Positions 1-10,261 of a stretch of 64,000 nt of DNA are shown here, piece by piece. A model generated the notes under the pieces. The model was given only the letters and a program-made list of their open reading frames with translations, was not told the DNA's origin and did not search any database. Numbering within the stretch: position 1 is the first letter of the stretch; each line of letters opens with the position of its first letter. This DNA comes from Gammaproteobacteria bacterium (lineage in GTDB: Bacteria; Pseudomonadota; Gammaproteobacteria; GCA-001735895): positions 5,758 to 69,757 of the forward strand of contig JAOTYD010000006.1 in the NCBI GenBank assembly GCA_029862005.1, read 5' to 3'. A program made the translations under genes and the position numbers.

Positions 1-264
1 CGACGCAATGTTAAGCGCCAGGCGCAGCAGTGTGGCAATCAGCAGAATGGTTGGAAATACGGTGAAATCGAGTGGACGCAGCGCGTACACCGACACCAGC
101 AACACCACCAGTGCGAATGTAATATTGAAGGTAAACAGCATGTCGAGCGCCATCGGTGGCAGCGGGATCACCACCATCGCCAGCATCATGATCACGATCA
201 GGGGTGCCGCAAAACCCTGGGGATTGAACCCCCTGAGTTGCGCGCTGAAAGTCTGGCCAGCCAT
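1..264 (-). CDS. flhA: Flagellar biosynthesis protein FlhA, N-terminal part. The gene runs off the left edge of the window.
   Basis: The minus-strand translation from the ATG at 262-264 reads MAGQTFSAQLRGFNPQGFAAPLIVIMMLAMVVIPLPPMALDMLFTFNITFALVVLLVSVYALRPLDF, a typical FlhA N-terminus. It lies directly downstream of flhB. The ORF track omits it because it is truncated by the window edge. Confidence 0.8.
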   Translation of the reverse strand, partial: MAGQTFSAQLRGFNPQGFAAPLIVIMMLAMVVIPLPPMALDMLFTFNITFALVVLLVSVYALRPLDFTVFPTILLIATLLRLALNIAS

Positions 265-329
265 TATCGTTTTACCCCGCCAGCCAGGATGCTGTTAGCG
301 CGGAGCGAAACCGTCAGTTTTAAATCCAT

Positions 330-1460
330 TTATACTTCCTCGTCGATCGGCGTATGGGGATCGGGGCGCTGCGGCAATTCGGTTCCTTGTTCACGCGCGA
401 TGCGCAACTGGAACACGAACGCGAGAATCTGCGCGACTGCGAAGTAAAGATGCGCCGGAATTTGCTGGTCAATCTTGCAGTTGGCGTAAAGCGCGCGCGC
501 CAGCGGCGGTGCTTCGAAAATCTCGATGCCGTGGAAAGCAGCAATTTCCCTGATCTTGAGTGCGACCAGGTTCCTACCCATGGCAAGCACGACCGGGGCC
601 GCCATGTTGTCATGATCGTACTTCAGCGCGACCGAATAATGTGTCGGGTTGGTAATGATAACGTCCGCATCCGGCACCGCTTCCATCATGCGGCGTTGTG
701 CCATCTCCTGCTGCACCTGGCGCACTTTCGACCTGACCTCGGGCTTACCCTCGGTATCTTTTAACTCATCGCGCACTTCCTGCAGCGTCATTTTCAGTTT
801 CTGCGAATGGTCCCAGAGCTGGAACGGAACGTCGATTGCGGCAATCAGTACCAATGTTGAAGACACCACCAGGAAACTCAGACCCAACAGCCAGGCGCCG
901 TTGAGCAGCGCCAGCGACAGCGACTGTGTCCCCAGGCCGATAAACTCCTCTGCCTTGCTCCATAAGAAGATGACCGCAACGCTCGACACCACCAGGAACT
1001 TGGCTACCGCCTTGATCAACTCCATCAGACCCTTGCTGGAAAACATGCGCTTGAAACCGGCAATCGGGCTGATACGTTCCGCCTTGAAAGCCATCGATTC
1101 GACGCTGAAAGACCAACCACCAATCGCCAACGGTGTGAAAATTGCGATCACCGTCATCAGGAACATGAATGGGCCGATCGCGGTCAACGCCTGTGCGGCT
1201 GCCATACCAAATTTTTCAAACACTGCCTGCTGCGAAAACACGTCAGCTCTCGAAATAGTGAATCCCTGCTGCATGAAAATCGTAATGTGTTCAATCATGT
1301 GTGAACCCATGAACAGCAGGCCGAGGGCCCCGAACACCATGATGGTCATGCTGTTGAGTTCTTTCGAGCGCGGTACCTGGCCCTTTTTCTTCGCATCACG
1401 AAGTTTCTTCGCCGTCGGCTGTTCCGTCTTTTCCTGACCGTTGTCGCTCTCTTGTGCCAT
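330..1460 (-). CDS. flhB: Flagellar export apparatus switch protein FlhB
   Basis: A 376-aa product with the FlhB N-terminus (EKTEQPTAKKLRDAKKKGQVPRSKEL) and the NPTHY autocleavage motif. It follows fliR. Confidence 0.93.
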   Translation of the reverse strand: MAQESDNGQEKTEQPTAKKLRDAKKKGQVPRSKELNSMTIMVFGALGLLFMGSHMIEHITIFMQQGFTISRADVFSQQAVFEKFGMAAAQALTAIGPFMFLMTVIAIFTPLAIGGWSFSVESMAFKAERISPIAGFKRMFSSKGLMELIKAVAKFLVVSSVAVIFLWSKAEEFIGLGTQSLSLALLNGAWLLGLSFLVVSSTLVLIAAIDVPFQLWDHSQKLKMTLQEVRDELKDTEGKPEVRSKVRQVQQEMAQRRMMEAVPDADVIITNPTHYSVALKYDHDNMAAPVVLAMGRNLVALKIREIAAFHGIEIFEAPPLARALYANCKIDQQIPAHLYFAVAQILAFVFQLRIAREQGTELPQRPDPHTPIDEEV

Positions 1461-1472
1461 ATCCGCTCAGCC

Positions 1473-2261
1473 TCAGGGTGCGACCATCGATTGCGACAGC
1501 CGCATGGCCTGCAACATCATCTGGTTGAAACGTGGCAGGAAACCGGGAATCACCAGCAGCAGGATGATAAATCCCATGAACATGGTGACTGGGAAACCCA
1601 CCGAAAATATGTTTAGCTGTGGTGCGGCACGAGTCATGACGCCCATCGACAACGTGATCACCAGCATCGAGATCAGCGCCGGAATTGCGACCCAGAGGGC
1701 ACCGATAAACATTTGACTGCCCCAGGAGATCAGTGCCCAGAAATTGTCACGCCCGACGCCGGTCGGTGAGATCGGCAGGCTTTCAAAGCTGCTCACGACC
1801 AGCTGGATCAGCATCAGGTGGCCGCCCAGGGCGAGAAACAACAGCGTGCCGATAATGATAAAGAACTGCGAAATCATCGGCACGTTGACGCCATTGGTCG
1901 GGTCGACCATCGATGCGAAACCGAGGCCCATACTCATCGCGATGGCTTCGCCGGCCATCATCAAGGCACCAAATACCAGCTGCATCGTGAAACCCATCGA
2001 CAGGCCGATCAGAATTTGCTGGGCGGAGACAAAAAGACCTTCGAGCGATAACGCTTCGACCTGTGGCATATCGGGCAGTAGCGGCAGCACCACCACGGAC
2101 AGAACCATGGTGATGATAATCTTGACGCGGGTGGGCACCAGGCGCGTACCGATCACCGGCATTGCAATAAACATCGAACCAATACGCATCATCGGCCAGA
2201 TCAGTGAGCCGACGAACGCGGTAGCCTGGGCGAAGCTGAAATCCATCGTCAAATCAACCAA
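1473..2261 (-). CDS. fliR: Flagellar export apparatus protein FliR
   Basis: A 262-aa polytopic membrane protein placed between fliQ and flhB. Confidence 0.9.
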   Translation of the reverse strand: MVDLTMDFSFAQATAFVGSLIWPMMRIGSMFIAMPVIGTRLVPTRVKIIITMVLSVVVLPLLPDMPQVEALSLEGLFVSAQQILIGLSMGFTMQLVFGALMMAGEAIAMSMGLGFASMVDPTNGVNVPMISQFFIIIGTLLFLALGGHLMLIQLVVSSFESLPISPTGVGRDNFWALISWGSQMFIGALWVAIPALISMLVITLSMGVMTRAAPQLNIFSVGFPVTMFMGFIILLLVIPGFLPRFNQMMLQAMRLSQSMVAP

Positions 2262-2523
2262 CCAGGCCCGGGATTCCGAGGTACAGGCGCCGGGTAAAGC
2301 TCAGCAGCAGGTTGAGCATCCAGGGTCCCGCGACCAGAATCGACAGCAGCAACACCATGAGCTTTGGGATAAAACTCAGCGTTTGTTCATTGATGGATGT
2401 GGCTGCCTGGAACATACCGATCAACAGGCCGATGGCAAGTGCCGAGAGCAGCATGGGCGCTGCGATCATTGCGATCACGTAAAGCGCTTGTTGTGACAGA
2501 TCGATAATCGTATCTGGCGTCAT
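2254..2523 (-). CDS. fliQ: Flagellar export apparatus protein FliQ
   Basis: An 89-aa product with two transmembrane segments. The FliQ family motif is PMLLSALAIGLLIGMFQAATSINEQTLSFIPKL. Confidence 0.9.
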   Translation of the reverse strand: MTPDTIIDLSQQALYVIAMIAAPMLLSALAIGLLIGMFQAATSINEQTLSFIPKLMVLLLSILVAGPWMLNLLLSFTRRLYLGIPGLVG

Positions 2524-2525
2524 CG

Positions 2526-3269
2526 TCAGGCTCCCAGCAGAAAACTCGAGGCCAGGGTGCCCATGATCAGGGCCCAGCCGTCCACCAGTACGAATAACAT
2601 CAGTTTGAATGGCAGCGAGACGATCATCGGCGACAACATCATCATACCCATCGACATCAGCACGCTGGCGACAACCAGGTCGATAATGACGAAAGGAATG
2701 AAAATCAGGAATCCGATCTGAAACGCGGTCTTCAGTTCACTGGTAACGAAGGCTGGCATCAGTAGTGAAAAGGGTGTCTTGTCCGGGGATTCGATTTCGG
2801 TCACCCCGGCGATATCGGCAAACATGCGGATATCGGTTTCGCGCGTTTGTGCCAGCATAAAGGTCTTGAAGGGCTCGGTCGCGGCCATCATCGCATCCAT
2901 CGCCGATAGCGAACCGGCCAGATATGGCTGCATTGCGACCTCGTAAACCTGGTCGAATACCGGCGACATCACGAACAATGTCAGGAACAGCGCGAGACCC
3001 AGGATAATCTGGTTCGAGGGTGTTTGTGCAGTGCCCAGAGCCTGGCGCAGAATCGAAAGCACAATAATGATGCGGGTAAACGATGTCATCATCAGCAGGA
3101 TGGCGGGTAACAATGTCAGCATCGTCATCAGCGCCAGGATTTCGAGCGTCACCGTATAAGTCTGGCCGTCGCCATTGCCACCATCGATCGAAATGGCTGG
3201 AATACCGGCCGACTGTGCCTGTACCTCAGGCACCAGCAACATTAAAAAAAGAGCTAGCAGTAGCTTCAC
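2526..3269 (-). CDS. fliP: Flagellar export apparatus protein FliP
   Basis: A 247-aa product with a signal peptide and a conserved FliP core ([36 protein letters not shown]). Confidence 0.93.
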   Translation of the reverse strand: MKLLLALFLMLLVPEVQAQSAGIPAISIDGGNGDGQTYTVTLEILALMTMLTLLPAILLMMTSFTRIIIVLSILRQALGTAQTPSNQIILGLALFLTLFVMSPVFDQVYEVAMQPYLAGSLSAMDAMMAATEPFKTFMLAQTRETDIRMFADIAGVTEIESPDKTPFSLLMPAFVTSELKTAFQIGFLIFIPFVIIDLVVASVLMSMGMMMLSPMIVSLPFKLMLFVLVDGWALIMGTLASSFLLGA

Positions 3270-3682
3270 GTGGACTCCCCGTCGCCCATGGCCCGGTTCA
3301 GTTTTGCAGCGAAAGTCGACGTCGCCGGCTGTCCTTCCGGCGCTTCCAGTGGATGAGCCATGGTATGGAGTTTTTCGATACGGCCCGGCGTCAGGCCAAC
3401 CAGTATCTGTTCTTCACCGATTTGCAGCAGCACGATTCGATCACGGGCGCCAATCGAAAGTCCCGCGATGATCCTGATCAACCCATTTTGTGACTGCTGG
3501 TTCAGATTGAATCGTTTAACCAGCCAGGCCAGTATCAGGATCGCCACAACGACCAGCAGCAGGCCACCTGTCAGTTTTAACAAGTACGGCGTTGACAGCG
3601 GTTCCAGTGGCGGCGCATCGAGTCGTGACTCTGCCAATGCCGCACTGGAAAGCAATCCGGTGAGTACAAACAACCAACGCAT
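3266..3682 (-). CDS. fliO: Flagellar protein FliO
   Basis: A 138-aa protein with a single transmembrane segment, located between fliN and fliP. It carries the FliO-like motif [16 protein letters not shown]. Confidence 0.75.
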   Translation of the reverse strand: MRWLFVLTGLLSSAALAESRLDAPPLEPLSTPYLLKLTGGLLLVVVAILILAWLVKRFNLNQQSQNGLIRIIAGLSIGARDRIVLLQIGEEQILVGLTPGRIEKLHTMAHPLEAPEGQPATSTFAAKLNRAMGDGEST

Positions 3683-4113
3683 CAGCGGAGATTCTTGATC
3701 CGGTCTGACGGGCTGACCACGTCAGTCAGGCGAATGCCAAATTTCTCGTTGACGACCACGACCTCGCCATGTGCCACGAGGGTGCCGTTGACGAGTACAT
3801 CCATCGGTTCGCCCGCGATTCGATCGAGTTCAACGATCGAACCCTGGTTCAACTGTAACAGGTTACGAATGCTGAGCTGGGTGCGCCCGATTTCCATCCC
3901 CACGGTAACCGGAATATCGAGGATGACGTCGAGCTTGACGTCACCTGATTCCGGATTCACGTTACTATTCAGATGCTTTGCCGCAACCTGCTGAAATTCG
4001 TCACCCTCCTTCGGTTGGGCAGTACCACTGTCGGCACTGGCCTCCTCCGTCGCGGTTTCCAATTCCTCGGCCAATCCGTCCTGGTCTACGGCCTGTTCTG
4101 TTTCGTTGCTCAT
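3682..4113 (-). CDS. fliN: Flagellar motor switch protein FliN. The start is revised to the internal ATG at 4111-4113.
   Basis: The C-terminal SpoA/FliN domain is present (LDVILDIPVTVGMEIGRTQLSIRNLLQLNQGSIVELD). The ATG at 4113 has the RBS AGGAGAcuaau. The longer ORF would overlap fliM. Confidence 0.88.
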   Translation of the reverse strand: MSNETEQAVDQDGLAEELETATEEASADSGTAQPKEGDEFQQVAAKHLNSNVNPESGDVKLDVILDIPVTVGMEIGRTQLSIRNLLQLNQGSIVELDRIAGEPMDVLVNGTLVAHGEVVVVNEKFGIRLTDVVSPSDRIKNLR

Positions 4114-4129
4114 ATTAGTCTCCTGCAGA

Positions 4130-5149
4130 CTATTCCTGGTGCGTAATTGCGTTTTTAATGTCTTCGTTATCCGGATCGTAAATTTCGATAACGTCTTCCA
4201 CCTTGATGGCTGCATTACCCTGGTGTTCACCAAACTGCCCACGGATAACCGGCATGTCTTCGGCCAGTAACAACACCTGCTCAGGCATATCGATCGGGAT
4301 AATGTCGCCGGCCCTGAAGTTAATCAGGTCAGAAAGCGGCACCTGTTTTTCGATAAACAGGGCCTGCATATTGATTTTGGCGTGCATCAATTCCTCCTTC
4401 AGAAGAATCGCCCAACGTTCGTCGATTTCACCATGATCGCTCTGCACGCCGGTATCGAGCAAGTTGCGGATAGGTTCAATCATCGAATAGGGGTAAACGA
4501 TCTGAATATCGCCGCCACCACCTTCGAGTTCAACATGAAAAGTGGAAACCACGATGACTTCGGTGGGACTGACGATGGTCGCCATCTGCGGATTCACTTC
4601 GTGATTGTGATAATTGAAATTAACGGACATGACCGGCTCCCAGGCCTTCACCAGGTCCCGAAAGCTGATATGTACAACCTTTTCGATAACCCTGAGTTCG
4701 GTACTGGTAAATTCGCGCGGCTCGATCTTTGTCTCGATGGTGCCGTCGCCACCAAAAAAGTTGTCGACCAGAATAAAGACCAGCTCGGGATTAAGTACGA
4801 TCAGGCCGGTGCCACGCAACGGCAACATTTTGATCATGCTGAGGCTGGTCGGCTGGTGCAAGGTCTGGATGTATTCGTTGAACTTGACCATCTCGATACC
4901 GGTTACCGATATTTCCGGAGACTTGCGCAACATGTCGAAAAAGCTGATGCGAAAGTAACGCGCGAAACGTTCGTTGATCATTTCGAGGGTCGGCAATCGG
5001 CCCCGAACGATACGTTCCTGGTTATTGAAATCGAAAGGATGGGCTTCACCGTCAAAACTGGCTTCATCGGGTGAGGTATCAATGACACCGTCATCAACAC
5101 CACCGAGCAGGGCATCAACTTCGTCCTGACTGAGAATGTCGTTACTCAA
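4130..5149 (-). CDS. fliM: Flagellar motor switch protein FliM
   Basis: A 339-aa product. Its N-terminal LSQDEVDALL motif is the CheY-P binding site, and the central FliM domain is present. Confidence 0.93.
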   Translation of the reverse strand: MSNDILSQDEVDALLGGVDDGVIDTSPDEASFDGEAHPFDFNNQERIVRGRLPTLEMINERFARYFRISFFDMLRKSPEISVTGIEMVKFNEYIQTLHQPTSLSMIKMLPLRGTGLIVLNPELVFILVDNFFGGDGTIETKIEPREFTSTELRVIEKVVHISFRDLVKAWEPVMSVNFNYHNHEVNPQMATIVSPTEVIVVSTFHVELEGGGGDIQIVYPYSMIEPIRNLLDTGVQSDHGEIDERWAILLKEELMHAKINMQALFIEKQVPLSDLINFRAGDIIPIDMPEQVLLLAEDMPVIRGQFGEHQGNAAIKVEDVIEIYDPDNEDIKNAITHQE

Positions 5150-5159
5150 GGTAATTTAC

Positions 5160-5660
5160 CTACTGCATGACAAAGCTGGTGAAAAAGACATTGTCGACTT
5201 CACCACCCGAACCGTGCTTGTTAATGACAGTCTGTACCGTTTCCAGTGCCGATTTTTGCAGGCGCTCCTTGCCTTCCGGGGCCCGCAGTTCGGCCGATTT
5301 CTGTTTTCCGAATAAAACGACCAGGTTGTTGCGAATCAGGGGCCTGTGCTTTTCCAGTTCTTCGGCAACGTCGTCGTCGAAGGTCAGTACCTGCATCGAA
5401 ATCTGCAGAAATCCAACCGGATCCTCAGGCGCAAGGTTTACCGTAAAGGCGGGCTTCAGGTCGATGTAGCTGGCATCGCCCCGGGAAACCTCTACTTCTT
5501 CCTCAACCTCGGCCTCGGCACTATCACCGCCCCCGACAATCAATAACGTGCCACCGACCGATCCGCCGATCAGCAAAACCACGCCCAGAATGATGAAAAT
5601 CAGTGTTTTTTTGCTGCCGCCAGTCGTTTCGGCTTCGCCCTGTTGCTCTTCTTCCGCCAT
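5160..5660 (-). CDS. fliL: Flagellar basal body-associated protein FliL
   Basis: A 166-aa protein with an N-terminal transmembrane segment, lying upstream of fliM. Confidence 0.85.
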   Translation of the reverse strand: MAEEEQQGEAETTGGSKKTLIFIILGVVLLIGGSVGGTLLIVGGGDSAEAEVEEEVEVSRGDASYIDLKPAFTVNLAPEDPVGFLQISMQVLTFDDDVAEELEKHRPLIRNNLVVLFGKQKSAELRAPEGKERLQKSALETVQTVINKHGSGGEVDNVFFTSFVMQ

Positions 5661-5696
5661 TTTGAGTTCCTGCCTGTTAACAGATATCTAAGCTTG

Positions 5697-5712
5697 AGCA
5701 ATTCCTGTGCCA
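5697..5712 (-). promoter_or_regulatory. Sigma-54 (-24/-12) promoter candidate for the fliLMNOPQR-flhB operon
   Basis: On the minus strand the sequence reads TGGCACaggaaTTGCT, a perfect GG-N10-GC match. It sits about 37 nt upstream of the fliL ATG. Confidence 0.6.
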
Positions 5713-5963
5713 ACTAATTTTGTTTAGGGTTTTCAATAAGTTAAAGGAATGGAATTTGAGATAGACAGTTTTTTGACAGTGTTTTCCGGTACAGAGACAA
5801 TAACTTGTCGGCAGTTTGGCCATGGTTTGTCGAAAAGCCCGGGACAGGCCCGTAAATGTGACGCTTCAGGGCGTCATCCGGGCATGGGCACAGCACTTAT
5901 CCGGGGCCCTGGAACGATGCCAGGATTTAAAATTTTCTGCTGAACGGGGATGACCCTGAAACT

Positions 5964-5990
5964 AAAAAAATTGCGGCGCGCACGCCGCAA
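5964..5990 (-). terminator. Rho-independent terminator after fliK
   Basis: On the minus strand an 8-bp GC hairpin (UUGCGGCG-ugcg-CGCCGCAA) is followed by U7. It lies immediately 3' of the fliK stop. Confidence 0.65.
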
Positions 5991-6001
5991 TAAGGGGGTA
6001 A

Positions 6002-7639
6002 TCAGGCGAAGGTGTCGACAATGCCCTCGCCAATGAAATAACTGGCCTGATCTCGCTCCCTCTGCTCGAGAGCCTGTTCCTGCTGGGATTCATCCTGCTG
6101 CTCGGCCTCCGCATTGAAAGTCGAATTTGAACGCTGCTGCTGGTCATGACGCTGCGAAACATCGACGTTCACGTTCTGATAGCCACTTTCCTGTAGAAAA
6201 TCACGCAGTCGAACCGAGGCGGTTTCGATCAGCTCGCGAGTGTGTGCATGCTGTGTCAGAAAGCTTACCGTGGTTGCATCGTCAGCGATCTTTACGTGAA
6301 CATCGAGCTTACCCAGGAATGGTGGATCGAGTCGAATCGTTGCCGTATTCTGCTTCTGGTTAATCATCCAGTTGACACGTTCACTTAACCCGTTGCTCCA
6401 TTCGGTCGCATCTGCGTTGCGCGGTAGTGTCAATGTCTCGAGATGGGGCGGTAAGGCGCTCGACTGGGTGCCCGGTGTCAGCACATGGGGTAACACCGAA
6501 ACCGACTGGAGCGCGCTCGCAGACGGGGTGATCGTTGACTGCTGCAGGTTTGCGGACTGCTGTGCCATGATATCGGGATTACGATATTCAGCGCTGCCCG
6601 GCATATCACGCGCAGTCGCGGGGCCAGGGAGCGGAATTTTCTCTCCGGCCATCAAGGTCCTGTCCAACGCCTTTTCCCGCGCAGGAACCGATTCCATGGT
6701 TAGGTTTTCCCGGAGTCCTTTTAACACGCGTTGAGTATCGTCGAGTTGATCTTCACCGACCATTGCGAGCACCGATGCCGAAGGTTGCGGTGCCGCTCCC
6801 AACGATCGTTCAGATTGAGGTAAAGCCACCGCAGTTCTGAAGTCGACATTACGCATCACTTCAGCCGCGCCAGGTTGCCTGGTTTCGGGAACGGGTTTTA
6901 CCTCCGCCAATAAATCTCTCGCGATGAACTGACTGGACTCAGGATCAACAGGCCTGGGTATCGAGATAGCCTGTGCCGATTCGCGTGTGAGCGCGGATTT
7001 ATTCATCACCGACACGAAATCCGCAGCAGGGGATATTGTCTCCGATGCCGCGTTAATAGCCGCGGAAAGCGTCTCTAGCTTGCCTGACTGCGGGGCTGCT
7101 GCCGACAAAGCGACTTGTGGCTTGAGTTCGGAGGGAGCGCCTTTAAGCGTATCGGAAACACCGGCGGCGGGGGCGGTCATATTTTTGGACATGCCTCGCT
7201 GCGCTATATCAAGCGCGGCATTAACCGGCAAACTCTTTCCGCCAGCTGGCAATGTTTCTCCCGTCTTACCGTCTACCAGCGCATTCGTTACCGCTTCTGA
7301 GCCGAGTTTTAACACCGGCAATCCAACGCGCTCAATAAGCTCTGTCGCTGCCTTGACAGCCAGATTGGTATTGATGGGAGTCGAGGTCGGATCTGGCAGT
7401 AAGTTTTCGTCACTGCTGCTACCGGGCGACAGCTCCGGGATTGATCTGGAGGCATCCGAAAGAGTTGGAATCTTATCTAAAAAGTCTTTAATATCAATAT
7501 CTTGGGTTTCTTTACCAGGCGCCACGGGAAACTGCTGAGAAAACAATCCGGCAAAGCTGTCCGCGTCAGCCTGCGGGGCCAGGGGTAATTCCTGCTGGTC
7601 CAGCGTGAGCGAGCTTATGTCGGTCAGCAATATATTCAT
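6002..7639 (-). CDS. fliK: Flagellar hook-length control protein FliK
   Basis: A 545-aa Pro/Ala/Ser-rich protein. The conserved FliK C-terminal domain is present (TATIRLDPPFLGKLDVHVKIADDATTVSFL…RELIE). Confidence 0.85.
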   Translation of the reverse strand: MNILLTDISSLTLDQQELPLAPQADADSFAGLFSQQFPVAPGKETQDIDIKDFLDKIPTLSDASRSIPELSPGSSSDENLLPDPTSTPINTNLAVKAATELIERVGLPVLKLGSEAVTNALVDGKTGETLPAGGKSLPVNAALDIAQRGMSKNMTAPAAGVSDTLKGAPSELKPQVALSAAAPQSGKLETLSAAINAASETISPAADFVSVMNKSALTRESAQAISIPRPVDPESSQFIARDLLAEVKPVPETRQPGAAEVMRNVDFRTAVALPQSERSLGAAPQPSASVLAMVGEDQLDDTQRVLKGLRENLTMESVPAREKALDRTLMAGEKIPLPGPATARDMPGSAEYRNPDIMAQQSANLQQSTITPSASALQSVSVLPHVLTPGTQSSALPPHLETLTLPRNADATEWSNGLSERVNWMINQKQNTATIRLDPPFLGKLDVHVKIADDATTVSFLTQHAHTRELIETASVRLRDFLQESGYQNVNVDVSQRHDQQQRSNSTFNAEAEQQDESQQEQALEQRERDQASYFIGEGIVDTFA

Positions 7640-7697
7640 CTAGTCATCCAGTCCATGTATTGATCGGAGCGCTTGTCGAGCCATTGCAGGAACTGAA

Positions 7698-7713
7698 TGC
7701 ATCATGCGTGCCA
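7698..7713 (-). promoter_or_regulatory. Sigma-54 promoter candidate upstream of fliK
   Basis: On the minus strand the sequence reads TGGCACgcatgATGCA, with GG/GC at the canonical spacing. It lies in the 91-nt fliJ-fliK gap. Confidence 0.5.
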
Positions 7714-7730
7714 GTTTTTGTTAAATCGAG

Positions 7731-8165
7731 CTAGCGACGGTTGAATTTGCGTTGCGCGAATTCGTCGAGCGCCTTCTGCTCTTTACGCGCCTGCTCTGCA
7801 GACTCCTGCTGTTGCAGCTTTTCGACTACCTTGTGCATCTTCTTGGAATCGACGCGCATGACATTCCAGATTTCGCGCTTTTGTTCCAGTTCCTGGCGAC
7901 GCAATGCGACCACTTCGATCTGGCGTTCAATAGTCTGATCGAGTTGCTGCATAAACCGGTTGAACTCCTGCAGTTCGTGCGGGGTGAAGACACCAATGTC
8001 ATACTTTTTCTTTTGCAGGTATTCAAGCTTGTAGTCCTGCAGCTGGGCCTGTCGGGCTATCTCCGTGTCGAGCAGGTTCTGGCTCACGGCAACTTCCTGC
8101 AGGGCCCGCTGTTCCTTCTTATCGGTATGCTTAACCACCGGGTGCAAACGTTGGGCGCGAGTCAT
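7731..8165 (-). CDS. fliJ: Flagellar export chaperone FliJ
   Basis: A 144-aa coiled-coil protein lying immediately after fliI. Confidence 0.8.
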   Translation of the reverse strand: MTRAQRLHPVVKHTDKKEQRALQEVAVSQNLLDTEIARQAQLQDYKLEYLQKKKYDIGVFTPHELQEFNRFMQQLDQTIERQIEVVALRRQELEQKREIWNVMRVDSKKMHKVVEKLQQQESAEQARKEQKALDEFAQRKFNRR

Positions 8166-8168
8166 CGT

Positions 8169-9593
8169 TTACCCAACCTCTGCCCTGCTCAACTGCCGCT
8201 CCACCAGGGCATCAACTGCCTGCGGCTGGTTTTCATCTCCAGACTTGCTCAATACTTCGGCCAGCTCGGTGCGGCTGCTTTCAAAACTCACTGAATGATT
8301 CATATTCTGGGTAATGAAGTCGATCAGGTCAGGTTGCATTCGGATCGCGCGATCGATTGCCGGATCAGATCCCTGCTGGTAAGCCCCAACGTTTATCAAG
8401 TCACGATTTTGCTGGTAGAGACTGTAAATACCCTTGAAATTCTGCGTCAAGCCCATGTGCTCGGGGGTTGTGATCTGGGGTGTCAATCGACTAATCGAGG
8501 ATTCGATATCGATCGCAGGATAGATACCTGTTTCCGCCAAAGCACGAGACAGTACAATATGCCCGTCAAGTATGGCGCGGGCCGCATCCGCGATCGGATC
8601 GGCGTGATCGTCACCCTCGACGAGGATCGTGTAAAACGCCGTAATCGAACCCGAATTCTGCGCACCGTTCCCGGCCCTTTCGACCAGCTGGGGGAGGCGG
8701 GCGAAGACCGATGGTGGGTAACCCTTGGTTGCCGGCGGCTCACCAATGGCAAGGGCAATTTCACGTTGCGCCTGCGCAAATCGGGTGAGCGAATCCATCA
8801 GCAGGAGCACATTTTTCCCCTGGTCACGAAAGTACTCAGCAATACTGGTTGCCTGCATCGCACCGTGGATTCGCATTAGCGGCGACGAGTCAGCCGGCGC
8901 GGCCACGACGACGGCCTTGCGCAAACCCTGCTGGCCCAGGATTTCCTGCACAAACTCCTTCACTTCTCGTCCGCGTTCACCGATCAACCCGACCACCACG
9001 ATATCGGCCTCGGTATAGCGGGTCATCATTCCGAGTAAAACCGATTTTCCGACACCGCTGCCGGCAAATAATCCCATGCGTTGACCCCGGCCGATCGGAA
9101 ATAGCGCGTTTATTGCACGTACACCAACGTCAAGTTCTTCATGGATCGGTGTACGCATCAACGGATTGATTTCCTTGCCCTGCAGCGGATATTTCTGGTG
9201 AGCACGCAGCGGTCCCTTGTCATCGAGTGGCCTGCCACGTCCGTCGATTACGCGGCCCAGTAATTCCGGGCCGGTGAGGACGTCGGATCCCTGTCGCATC
9301 GGGATCACCCGGGCATTCGGTACCAGTCCACGAACTTCCGCGGTCGGCATCAGGTATAGACTGTCGCCGGAGAATCCGACCACCTCGGTCTCCACTCTGT
9401 CACCACTTGAATTGACCACATCACAACGCGCCCCGGTCGGCGCCTGGCAGCCAATCGCTTCGAGCGTCAACCCTACCATACGTGTCAGCACGCCTTCGAC
9501 AACTGGACTACCCACATGCCTGGATTCGCTCGCAGTTCGTTGCAGTGACTTCATCCAGCCCGAGGTTGCCTTCTGGATCAGCGGGTGCGGCAT
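8169..9593 (-). CDS. fliI: Flagellum-specific ATP synthase FliI
   Basis: A 474-aa product. The Walker A motif is GSGVGKSVLLGMM, and the protein has F1/T3SS-ATPase architecture. Confidence 0.95.
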   Translation of the reverse strand: MPHPLIQKATSGWMKSLQRTASESRHVGSPVVEGVLTRMVGLTLEAIGCQAPTGARCDVVNSSGDRVETEVVGFSGDSLYLMPTAEVRGLVPNARVIPMRQGSDVLTGPELLGRVIDGRGRPLDDKGPLRAHQKYPLQGKEINPLMRTPIHEELDVGVRAINALFPIGRGQRMGLFAGSGVGKSVLLGMMTRYTEADIVVVGLIGERGREVKEFVQEILGQQGLRKAVVVAAPADSSPLMRIHGAMQATSIAEYFRDQGKNVLLLMDSLTRFAQAQREIALAIGEPPATKGYPPSVFARLPQLVERAGNGAQNSGSITAFYTILVEGDDHADPIADAARAILDGHIVLSRALAETGIYPAIDIESSISRLTPQITTPEHMGLTQNFKGIYSLYQQNRDLINVGAYQQGSDPAIDRAIRMQPDLIDFITQNMNHSVSFESSRTELAEVLSKSGDENQPQAVDALVERQLSRAEVG

Positions 9594-10207
9594 TAATCCT
9601 GCTCCCTTTCACCACCCAGAACCGAAGCAGCAAGCGCGGAAAGTCGATTTTCGAGGGTCGCATTAATTGCCGATGGCGCAGCATTAATCTCGAATCCACC
9701 ACGCGTTATCATCGGATCTTCAACCAGTTTCCAGTTATGTTCCTCGTCACTGGTTTCGATCGACAATGCACTGCGAACAAGGTTGGCGTCCTCGGGATGC
9801 AATACGATCGAAATATTACGCTGATTGCCGGGTAGCAGCCGCACCGAGTCTCGAATCAAACCGATAATTTCACCTGGCTCCAACTTCAGTTCGCGCCGCA
9901 CCAGTTGCTGCGCCAGGGTTACCGCCAGTTGGGTTAACTGGTGCTCGATATCCTCGTTCAACGCCTGCAGGGGATGTTCAAAAAAATCAATCAACTGCAA
10001 TAACTGCTGCTGCAGCTCATGGGTTTCCTGTCGGGCGCGCACCAGCCCCTGCTGGTAGCCCTCTTCCTCGGCCTGCGCCATCCATTGATCGAGGTCTTCG
10101 GCCGTGGGAATGGAAGCTTCATTTTGTTCACGATGACGAACCACGCGACTAGGATCGGCATCCATTACCGGCACGCGCCATTTTTCGACTTCTTTGTCAG
10201 TCATCAT
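9593..10207 (-). CDS. fliH: Flagellar assembly protein FliH
   Basis: A 204-aa protein between fliG and fliI. It has a Gln/Glu-rich N-terminus and a FliH C-terminal domain. Confidence 0.8.
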   Translation of the reverse strand: MMTDKEVEKWRVPVMDADPSRVVRHREQNEASIPTAEDLDQWMAQAEEEGYQQGLVRARQETHELQQQLLQLIDFFEHPLQALNEDIEHQLTQLAVTLAQQLVRRELKLEPGEIIGLIRDSVRLLPGNQRNISIVLHPEDANLVRSALSIETSDEEHNWKLVEDPMITRGGFEINAAPSAINATLENRLSALAASVLGGEREQD

Positions 10208-10261
10208 TCCGGGTTTACCTGTTTCGTTATTTTTATTGGTCCAGCGCCAGCAACTGCCCGC

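Noticed and set aside
8-298. A 96-aa plus-strand ORF at the window start.
   Set aside because: The opposite strand encodes a clear FlhA N-terminus. The plus-strand frame is a shadow ORF.
649-2496. Long plus-strand ORFs (649-1437, 1744-2496 and others) lying opposite flhB, fliR and fliQ.
   Set aside because: They are antisense to strongly supported flagellar genes and have low-complexity Ser/Arg/Cys-rich translations. They are shadow ORFs.
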